From contig CAJINV010000005.1 in NCBI GenBank assembly GCA_905178155.1, forward strand, positions 1,862,054 to 1,926,053: a stretch of DNA of 64,000 nt. Direction: 5' to 3'. Of the stretch, positions 1 through 10,200 are shown piece by piece. Below the pieces are notes generated by a model, which was not told where the DNA came from, did not search any database, and saw nothing but the letters and a program-made list of their open reading frames with translations. The stretch is from Amoebophrya sp. A120 (lineage: Eukaryota; Protista; Dinoflagellata). Position 1 is the stretch's first letter. Every line of letters starts with the position of its first letter. Both the position numbers and the translations under genes were made by a program.

Positions 1-684
1 ACCTTCTTTATTCCCCTCCGTCTATGATGCGTGTTTTCGTGTTTCCAAGTAATCCGACCTGATCATGATCCCACTCGGACTCTGCTGTCCTCGGATCCGA
101 TAGTTTCTTTCGAACCAGGACGATCAGGATGATCGAGTACATATCTAGGTCGTGGCTCTGGCTAGCTGACTAAATTATATGGATCCCATTCCAGATACAG
201 ATTTTCTTCGTCCTCTTGTTCGGGAGGACATGATCCTTGATTCCATGGTTACTCGCAAGGTGCGAGGAGCAGATTCCAGGAAAAGGACCTTGAAACACAG
301 ATGATGCAGCCACGACAAAGGAGGGCGACGGACGAGCCAGTTGTGTTGCACTTGATAATATCCAGCTTCATTTACTTGCAGGACGGCATTCAGTATGTAA
401 TTCAATCATTCAAGCCACGGCCGTCACTGTGATCATGCGGCTTCCGTCTCGACTGGACTGGTCTTACGACCACCATGAGAATCTCGCTACAAACTCGATT
501 TCTGTACCCAAAAAACCAATTTGTAGCGGCCAGGTCGTGTCCTCACTTGACCTTGCTAAGAAAAGCAGACTGCCTTCCTTGATTACCCGCATTATACACG
601 CGCACGGATCTTGTTCACGGATCATTGCAGCACTATGAATACGAAAACACCAGCATACAGATGAAATCCGGGAAAACCACAAAT

Positions 685-3600
685 CTACGGCAGTCTCTCC
701 GCACTGTAGTCGCACCTGACGTGCTGATCGTTCATTCGTCTCCGCCCGAACGAAATGTGTCCCGTATCGGCAGTCACGTTGAAGTCCTGCTTCGCGTAGT
801 GCCCGTTTCCCGGCATTTTGAAGCGACGCGCGTACAAATCGATGATGTATCTCCAGGTGAGCTCGTGGTTGAAGAACTCCTTATCAATGTAAAAGTGTCT
901 GGGTCTGGAAGAATGCAACCTGTCATGCTCATCTGAAGCATGCAAAAATCTGTGTTGCATGATTACCAAAAGTCGTCCAGTTTTGCTATTGACCAAGTCG
1001 GGAGGGAGTTTCTCATGCAGGATAGGCATGAGAGAGATCGCGCAGACTCTGGCATGCTAGGTCCTGCATTCCAGACCTCATGGGTCATGGAAAAGATGCA
1101 GGACAAGTCGCGCACTCTTCCAGACCCAGACATTTTTGCAATTGATACTCCTCGTCGGTCAACAAATTCCACCGGGACGCCAAGTACTCCGCCCCGGTTT
1201 CGCTTTCCTCCCGGGCAAACGTATCCACATCTTCACCCGGGTCTCGCTTACTCGGTCCCACGGCGCAGAGCCGTTGGTCCACGTAGCCGAGGCGGCCGGC
1301 TTTGAGGCGGTCCGAGGGGTAGCTATCTTCGTTGGAGAACGTCGCGGGCCGCATGTACTGGTAAATTTCGTCGTTGCGTGATGTCGGAGGTGGCGGGGTT
1401 CCTCCAGATTTTTGACTTGAAATAGATGTTGCACTTGAAGTGGATGAAGATGTGGCGCTGCTCCCTCTGGTTCTGCTGACGTCCTCCCGCTTTGATATTA
1501 TCTTCTGTTCTTGACCAAGTTTCCCACAGGTCGTGTAGGGCACCCGGAAAGAGTGTCGCTTCGCGGTTGCAATCACCCGATTGAAAATGGTGTCTTCGTC
1601 GAAGAGAGGGAGCGGCTTGTCGACCGTCTTCCTCTCTGTCCCTACCGGTCCCACGAGCTCCCTCCGAACATTCTCCCACACCGCCTCGTAGTACGGCGAC
1701 AAACTGAGCGCAAACACCGTGGCCAGCTCGTTGAACTTGTGCGCCCGGCGAAGCACGTTCAGGAGGAGAATGTTGGTCCGGAAGCAACACCGGTGCGCGA
1801 ACCGCGTGTGGATATGCATTGCAAATATCGATCTGGGTCTGAAAGCATGATGTAAACTTCTGCAGCTGCGTGTTTCACACCACACAAAAATCTGTCATTC
1901 ATGCACCGCAATAAAAGTTGCTCATTTATTCTTGTCACCAAAAAAATCCGGCATTTGTCATGCACACTAGGCATTGCGAAACCTGCTCAAGACCTGTGAT
2001 GCTAGGAGTTGCATGCCAGACCTTCTGTGTCATGCACAAGCAGCATCACACTCTACTTCCAGACCCAGACATATTTCCATGTGATAGTGGAGGATCTTCA
2101 GCGATTCCCGATGCCCCTGTCGGCTGATCCAGTCGTCCTTAATCATGGCCTCGTGCCGTCGGCGAAACAGCGCACTCGGGTCCTTGCCGTTCGCACCAAA
2201 GAACGGCTTGACCCTTGGTAGACTTGCTGCTGTTTCGCTCAGCTGCTTTTTCTTCCTTTTCTCCCGCCTCCCCTTCTCGTTGTCCACGTCAATCGCCACC
2301 CAGGGCTGCGGAGTATGCACCTTCGCAAAAGTATGATCACACTAGTCCTTCTAGAGTACTAATTGCATTTACAAATTGTCATTCTCATTGTCTCAGCAGA
2401 AAAAGTTAAAGTTGAACTTTTAGCGCTGATATTTTTAGCTTTTAGGGCAGATAGCTGTCCTCACGCATATGCCTGCAATTTTAGAATTACTAGCACGGCG
2501 GGTATGATACTAAGTACTTTTGCACCGCATACGGATTTGCATTCGGGGATTTTCCGACCCCCGTCGCCCACGGCTCGAAAATGTCCGCCATCCGTATGGG
2601 AGTGTCAGGACCGAAATTGACAAAATCGAAAAATTTGTAATGCATAAAAGGTAGGGCACATATGGCCTGTATTGGGGAGCAGCCAAATGAGACCGATTGC
2701 AAGCCTGTTTAGGGAAGGCGATGCGCTGCCGGAGTAGCACGACAGGAGCAGTCTTCTTTGCCGAAACAGCATGACGGGCGATTTTGTTGCTCCCGAAATT
2801 TGTCGTGCACCACTTGGAAACTAAGGCTCCAACTGGTATCCATTTTTATGCATCACAAATTATTTCGATTTTGTTGATTTCGATCCTGACGCTTCCATAA
2901 TCCGCTTTGGTATCTTATCATCGGACATGATGGGGAGAAACCCCGTTCCCCAGAGCAGTTCCGGCTTCTTGCTGTAGTCCCCGCTGGACGACTTCGAGTC
3001 CTCCTGCGAAGTAGAAGACGAGGTGCCGGGCGGCAAGTTGTAGAGATAATTCGTCTTGCTCCCATCCTCAAAGCTGTACAAGATCCGCATGTCCTGCACG
3101 ATGTGGTCGATGCCGAACTGCGCGGCCTGCAGGTTCAAATCGAACAACGCCGGGCGCTCGAACAGAAAGGCGTTGCCGAGCTCGAAATACGCCCGGGTGA
3201 GGCGGTTTAGGGGCAAATATTCCCACAAGTTACCGTTGTAATCCTTGTTCCACACGCCCATCTGGTACCGGATCATGTTCCTTTTGTCCTTCGCTAGCGC
3301 GGACAGTTGGTAGTCCCGCGCGAACGCCTGCCCGAATATCAAATGTAAAAGTGTCTGGGTCTGGAAGAGTGCACGTTTGTCATGCTTGTCTGGCATGACG
3401 CTCAAATCTGTCATGCACGTTACCCAAGAGCGCCACTTTTCTGTCATGCAGAACACAGTTTGTCGTGCAGAATATGCAACACCTAGAAGCTCAGAAACTT
3501 GTCATGCTGAGCGAGCACTTGTGGCCTCCTCATGATACGCCACCCAGCATCACAAGTTTCCAGACCCAGACATTTTTGCAATTCATACCGAAGTGTTTGT

Positions 3601-6494
3601 CGCTAGTCCAAACGAGTGCGGCGTGGATGGAATTCGCCTGTTGCTTGATCATATCAAAGAAAAAAAGTTCGTCACGATCACTCATGCGCATTTTTGCAAT
3701 ACAAAACTGTCTGTCATGCGTAAAAATGCATCACAGCCAGTGTTCTTTACAGATTTCCCTAGTGTTTCTGTTAGTGGACTTGAGAACACTCGCACACACT
3801 TACACACGTTTGCTCCACTGAGCTCGCTATCAACAGCAATTCAGTGAATTCTCTCAATTGCAAGTAAGCAAGCAAGTGACGCAAGTCTCTTGCTGCGTTA
3901 CATCCTGTAGGTTCAGTTCATCAAGTTTCAGGATGTGACGAAATTGCGTATGACCACAACTCACCAGAATATGACTGAATTGCGTACGGCGCAAACAGTC
4001 ACTCTGATCATTCTGCTTGTGTGTGGTGTGTGACTGTTTTGCGTATGGCGTAAACAGTCACCTTGATCGCTCTGCTTGTGCCTGTTTTGCGTATGACGCA
4101 AATAGGCACCTTGATCACTTTCCTCTTGAATTTCATGGGATTCCTTCTAGATCATTTACATCCTTCCGACACTTTGTGACCGTTTTGCGTATGGTCCAAG
4201 GAGTGCCGTGATTGACTCTACTTCTACTCTAGTGGTTGTAGTGTGACTGTTTTGCGTATGGCGCAAGCAATCACTATGCCCACTGTAGTCAATTTGGGGG
4301 ATGTGACTGAATTGCGTACGGCCGTAGTGCCGTCGCGATACCAGTCAGATCTAGTCAATTTCTCATCATCTTCTGTGTCATTTCATCACGGAACAGGCTT
4401 CATTTGGGGCGATCGTGTTACGTGTGTGCGGGATCGATTTCCATGACCAACAGTTTCTGGAATACAAGGAAAGTTTGTGATGCTGAGAAAATTTGTAATG
4501 CAAAACCTGCAAGTTAGTGACTGTGACAAACTTTTTTCTCTCCATACATCACACCCAGCTGGTACTGCCTGCTGGCGAAGGGATATGCAAAGGAGCAAAA
4601 AAGTCGTGCTACAGTTGACGTCACATTTTTGTTGTGAAAATGCTACAGTTGATGTCAAACATTTTTGTGTAGTTGCACCCGGCAAGACAAACAGTAAACT
4701 TTTGTCACGTGCTGTGCATGTGGACAATGCTAGCAGCACACCTCGTTCCACGCATTTTTGCCCCACTTACGATTTATGCGTTTTTGCATAGTCATTTTCT
4801 CTTTCCTGTTTGTGTTGCACTTGCTGAAGTTACTGTTTGTTACAACAATAAAATGTGTGTACTCTAACACAATTTTCCCTACTCGGGATAACGGAAGTTC
4901 TTGCTTCGCGAGGAATATCACGTCCGCGTCCGGGTGGAGCAGGTCCGTGCAGAGGAAAGTAGTAGTTTTTCCTCCTCTACTACCGTTGTCATCCTGCTCT
5001 CCGGAAGGAAAAATAGCTTCTCTCACCTTCCCAAACCGCTTCGCATTCCCCCACGTGTCCTTCCTTTCCACTTGTCTTGCATCCTTAGGCACAATTCCGC
5101 CCGCGCCGCCGTGCATGATATCCCAAAGCGGGGACTCCGCGAACGGCATCCCTTGCCCCGCCTCGTGGTTTTGGTACAACTTCTTCTGAATCCTCGGAGC
5201 TGCACCAGCGTCGGAAGCTGATTTTGTAGTTGTTGGTACTAAAAACTCGAATTCTAAAAACGTCCCCTGCGGCTGCTGCTCCGCGATTTCTACGCGCTTC
5301 CGGTCTCGGAGCTTCATTGTGTTTTGCGCGTTGACGGCGTAATATCCCGCGGCGTCCTGCAGATTTGCGCGCACGTCTTTCTCCACCATCCTGTACTGCA
5401 GTTTTGCGGCGAGATATGCGAAGAAAAAAGTGTTACACTTACACATTGTGTTGCGAAACAAGGTAGACAGGCAACCTTTGTCATGCAGGACATGCTTGCC
5501 AGCCTCATTTCACTCGTGTTTTCCCTTTATAGTCTGCGCATCACAGGCTTTCTAAGCCATGTCTAGAAAGTTTGTGATGCAGAAACTCCAACATCAAATG
5601 TGTAACTGTAACACTTTTTTCGTGGGATACGGGAAAAAGACTATCTGGGTCGTGTATTGTTGGGAGGTTGTCGCTGGTCCAAAGCGTCATGGCCCGCTCT
5701 GACCCGTCTTGCTTCAAAGCCGGCCAGGCGGTTAGTACTGGCGCAGGTTCAGGTCGTTCTTGTGAAGAAGTAGAAGAAGTAGAAGACGCAGCGCCGCTAC
5801 TTCTTGTTGTACTGGAAGTTGTACTGCTACTTTTACTAGTACTAGCTACGATTGTGGTCATCGCTCGGTCGTTCAGATCGCCGCGCAGTTCCGTGACATC
5901 TCGGTGCATCATCCAGCGACGGAAGGACTTCCGCAATTTCCAGTTCGGAATTTCAGACTTATGGATCCCATAGTTATCGACGTTCGTCGTGAAGTTTCTC
6001 CGCATTGGCGGGTACAGTTGCGTCATGTTGTTGAACCGGTTCAATTCTACGAATAGGTGCAGGTCGAGCGCTGGCCTGGGCGAAACGTTCTTCAACTCGT
6101 TGTAGGTTACGCGATCGGTTAGCACCACCGCTTTCGCACCGGGGTGGTGCACGGCGAGGGTGTACAGGGAAATGAACAGGTCGCGGATGTTTCGGTGGAG
6201 CTCGAAGTCCTTCATGTGCTCCTCCTTCCGGTCTTGCCTGAACTGTGTATCCACATTCACAGAGAGGAAGCCAAAACAATCCGGGACCGGTGGGGCAGGG
6301 GGTTGTGAAGCTGAGGTGGCTGCGGCAAGAACAAAAAATTCGTGTTGAAATAGAAACGATAGACTTGTTGCCAGCATTAAAAATACTGATACTCCGTTGA
6401 GAAAATGCGAAACGACCGCCTTTGCGTTCGCAAAGCGGAGAGGTTGCACCATCATTTTGTAATAGAGACGGGACGAGCTTTCAGGTCGTTGCAC
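685..6494 (-). CDS. Multi-exon hypothetical protein, possibly a type II membrane glycosyltransferase-like protein (may be two genes)
   Basis: ORF pieces 5541-6494, 4730-5461, 2860-3456, 2030-2320, 1085-1885 and 685-1029 join in frame after introner removal (e.g. LTDEE|FFNHE, LKILH|TRFAH, ANP|QPW, KHFG|QAF). It has an N-terminal hydrophobic segment and a DxD-like LLHPDADVIFL. The join across 3642-4890 is unresolved. Confidence 0.55.
882..1147. mobile_element. Introner family A (non-canonical intron)
   Basis: TIR TATCAATGTAAAAGTGTCTGGGTCTGGAAG / CTTCCAGACCCAGACATTTTTGCAATTGATA; flanking DR CTCCT; excision restores frame. Confidence 0.92.
1813..2086. mobile_element. Introner family A
   Basis: TIR containing TCTGGGTCTG/CAGACCCAGA; DR GTGGA; frame restored. 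Confidence 0.9.
2314..2531. mobile_element. Introner family B (diverged)
   Basis: TATGC..GCAAAAGTA / TACTTTTGCA..GCATA; DR CGGAG/CGGAT; frame restored. Confidence 0.8.
2595..2899. mobile_element. Introner family C
   Basis: TIR TATGGGAGTGTCAGGACCGAAATTGACAAAATCGAAA and its inverse; DR ATCCG. Confidence 0.9.
3337..3587. mobile_element. Introner family A
   Basis: Family A TIRs; DR CCGAA. Confidence 0.92.
3935..4335. repeat. Array of about 7 degenerate 32-bp palindromic units (GTGACTGTTTTGCGTATGGCGCAAACAGTCAC)
   Basis: Copies start near 3935, 3971, 4030, 4078, 4176, 4243 and 4303, with irregular spacers. Confidence 0.8.
5415..5629. mobile_element. Introner family D
   Basis: TIR TATGCGAAGAAAAAAGTGTTACACTTACAC / GTGTAACTGTAACACTTTTTTCGTGGGATA; DR CGAGA/CGGGA. 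Confidence 0.85.
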
Positions 6495-7248
6495 ATAAAA
6501 AACCGCAACAATGTTTAATGGTAATGGTATCGTAGAGTTTAGCAGACTACATCTAACTCAGAGGGAAATGAACGAGCCAGGATGACTCGCCGTCGAGATG
6601 AAAAAAAACAAAATAGTCTTGCCTCAACGAACCCTTCAGTACCGACAAGCATAGGAAACGGTAACGAAAAAGCAAAAATGTCCGACTCCGACCCGGAATA
6701 AAAAGTACCATCTGAATCAACCCAAAATCCGCTCTCAAAATAAAAATATCACTCGCCCCAAGAGAAAAAATGAAAGCATGAACCTCAAGAAAAAGAACCA
6801 GTACAAAAAAGAAACAAGATCACAATCCTGAGAGTCATCTCTCGAGTAAGTAGCGATCTTCTTCGGGATGTCCACATCGTTGACGTTGTGTTGATCAACA
6901 AAAAGCACTCACTACGTACCGAGATCCGAAAGAGACTGAAATAAAACATTCGAGATGAACACCGCTCGTGACATTTTCCGGACTCCCGCATGTCACCACG
7001 TTTGTTCGGGTTTTTTTTCCAATCAAGATCGTTGTGTGCAGTACATCAAACGAGGTCATCGGTGATTTTTATCTGCGCGCAAACTTACAGTCTTTTCAAC
7101 ACACCGAGCGGTACTAGAAGTGCCACTACTAGTATCAAAAACCTTCTGAGTAATATGCAGTGACCAACACGAACACCATCACCTGCAAAAAAATATAAAA
7201 ACCAATCGCAAGACCAATCCAACAATTGGAATACCAATACTAACCCAC

Positions 7249-10200
7249 TCAGTCCCCAAAATACGCGGCCGACGGGCTCTGCGGTGGCAAGTGGTTGTGT
7301 GCCGGCGTATTCAACCCGCTTTGAACGAGATTTATCTGCTGGTGACTCCACGACCCGTACTTCTGACCATTACCTCCAGCCGTCTCTTTACTGTTCGAGC
7401 CCCTACTGTTGTTGTTCCCCCCTCGTCCGTTGTTTCGGCTGTTGCCCCCGCCACCACTCCTCGGGTGGTTATTGCTGTTGTGCTGACCGGCTTGGTGACC
7501 ACCGCCGCTGTGATTCAGCTGATTAGTTGTCGACCAGGACACCAGATCAGCGAAGGCAGAGCTGGAATTCGAATTATGTTGACCAGAACCTCCGGCTCCA
7601 CCCATAGTGTTCACCGGCGTCAGCCCGGCGGCAGAACTTGTAGTTCCTCCAGCGGCCGCAGGACGAGGACCAACGTAGTTGTAGTTGTGCTGATTGCTGT
7701 TGTTCACCCGAATGCCGACGCCTCCACCGGGGGAGCCGTGTGGGTTACTATTATTTCTCACAAACTGGTGCTGTTGTAATGCCATCGGACGGAGGTTGGT
7801 TGTACTATTATCAAAGGAGCAAGTGAATCACTTTCAAAAGAATCATAGGGCCGAAAAAAAAAAGAATTCGGAGCGCCCCCAACTGCCGTAGCGCCTGCAG
7901 CTTTTTCCCCCGCGCCAGACACAGCTGGTCGGTAGATTGCAGTGGGCGAATGCTTGAGAAGGCTGCGACCGAAAGCCCCAGGCGTCGCATTTTGGTAAGG
8001 AGAAGACTGCGAGACGTAGTGCGCAGAAGATGCCATAGAAGATACCCCAAGACCAGCCCCAAAGCATCATACCGTGGTGCATAATGCTACCCCGCATGGT
8101 GCTACTGGCGCACTATACTTACTCTTGCCCTACTCTACTGTTACCAAGTGGCGGAAGTGGAACAGTGGAGGTGTAATCACTTGAGATGCTCAGCCTGTTT
8201 CAGACAAAAAAAAAGCCAAACCCACTTGATATCTGCTTGGGTGATTTGACGCGAAAAAGACGTGTTTCGGGCATCAATTTGATGCCAAAAGTCGCGACTT
8301 TTTGCAGGGGTGATTCAAGCAGATACTAAGCGGGAGGAGTCAAATGAATCATAGGGCTAATTGATAGCTACAAAACGCAAGGTGATTACACCTCTTTTTT
8401 TGCTTCGAAAAAGATGGATTTTTGGCAAAAATTGAACTTTTTTCAGAAAATGCGACACCCTCGGGACGCTACGCCCGACGGTATGGAGGTGTAATCACTT
8501 CAGTTTTGTGGCGTCGCTTTTCCTATCTTTAGCAATGGGCTTTTGCTTGGTATTTTGGGTTGCGAATGCTTCCCCCGAGTTGTTTGCAAGCTATTCAGGC
8601 ACGATGGCCCCCGCGTCCACTCATGGCCATTGCGTTCGGCCCCCGTAGCCACCAACCAAATAGTGCAAACCTTATCGAGAAAGGCGCGACTTTCCTGAGA
8701 AGCGTCGCTGTGTCTCAGGTTACTTGGTTGTATATGTTGGGCGCTACCTTATGCGTGCGAGCCTGGCCATGCACTGCGGTACTTGGAAGCATTTTTTTTC
8801 CCGTATGGTGATTCATTTGTAATGTGATTCATTTGCCCCTGTGATAACTATTTGCCATCGGACGAAGGTTGGTTGTACTATTTTGCGGAGGTACTATCTG
8901 CGAGGCTACGAGGCTGTCGAAGTAGTTGTACTGACCACCTCCACCATTGTTGACCATGCCCTGCTGGTGCGGACCTGCTGCTCCGGGTCCGGGTCCGGCG
9001 GGCCCCGTATACATAAACGGATTCAGATTGTTCGCGTTCAGCAAAATCTGCTGCTGTTGCTGGTGCTGGAAACTCTGATCGAAGGCGGCGTACATGGCGA
9101 CAGTGGGAAGATTTGCGTGGTTCGAATCCACGCTGCTCTTACTCCTGTTGTTGTTTGTACGGGACATCGAAATGTTTATTTGCTGGCTCATGTGCATGTT
9201 GTTGTGCTTGCCTCCTTGTCCTTGTGCTTGACCACCTCCCTTGTTATTCATGTGGTTCATCGGCAAGGACGAGTTGTTGTTCATCATCTTCCCGTTGCTT
9301 TTCTTGTTCCCCTTGTTCGGCCCGTTGTTTGCTCCAGCACCCTTCTGTTGTTGATCTGGACCTCCAGAATGGTGAAGATCATGGTGGTTTTTACTGCCCT
9401 TCCCATGTGAGGAGGACGAACTCGATTTTCCCGTGCCCACCAAAACACCATGTTGGTTTATCTTGTTTCCCTGGGACTGAAAAACTGCGGGATTAATAGT
9501 GCTGTTGTTGGCCGCACCAGCACTTCTGTTGGCAGGTTGGAACTCGTTCCGGTTTACATTGTTCTTGTTGTCATCAACAACTCCAACAGAATTATTGTTC
9601 TGTCCCGCGGCTCCAGAAAGCGGCCCCTCGCCGTCGTCACGGATGAGTTTGCAGAGCTTCGGGAGCACGTTCCGCTCATTCACGGCCGGGTTGGGGATAC
9701 TCAGAAACGGAAACACGTCTTGCTCCTCCAGGGAGCTTCGGAAGTCGAGATACCTGATAGAAGTTGTCACGACTTCAAGATCAAGTTTACGTTAACGTTT
9801 AGTCAATCTTTCTCTATCAAAACAATCAAAATCAGTGTCATAATTGATGCCCTTGTAGTCGCCTCCAAACTTCTGCTTCTGAGGACACATGATGATGCAT
9901 GAATGCAGTATGCACCATAATTACAGGTGCGCTTACACTTATTTACGATTATTTTTTTCATCTGTACCAATACCAAAAGATCTCGCTCGTGGGTCGTCCC
10001 GTCGGGTTCAGATCGGCATCGAGCTCCTCCTCGGCGACGATTTTGCAGAGAAAATTAACCTTCGATTCCACGTACCCCTTCAGGTACTTTTTCCGCACCA
10101 GCATGGAATTCCAGTTTTTCACGTCCCCGGTGGAGGCTTCGATGACCGGAAGGCTATGCAAGAAAAAAACTGTGAAAGTGTAAGTTTCTTGGAGGAATAG

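Noticed and set aside
3935-4335. Palindromic repeats as a CRISPR array
   Set aside because: The repeats are degenerate, the spacers are very uneven and partly repeated, there are no cas genes, and the context is eukaryotic.
4463-4890. Further degenerate introners (also about 3642, 10440-10605, 19199-19430, 37300)
   Set aside because: The ends and direct repeats could not be paired into a frame-restoring excision, so they are not annotated.
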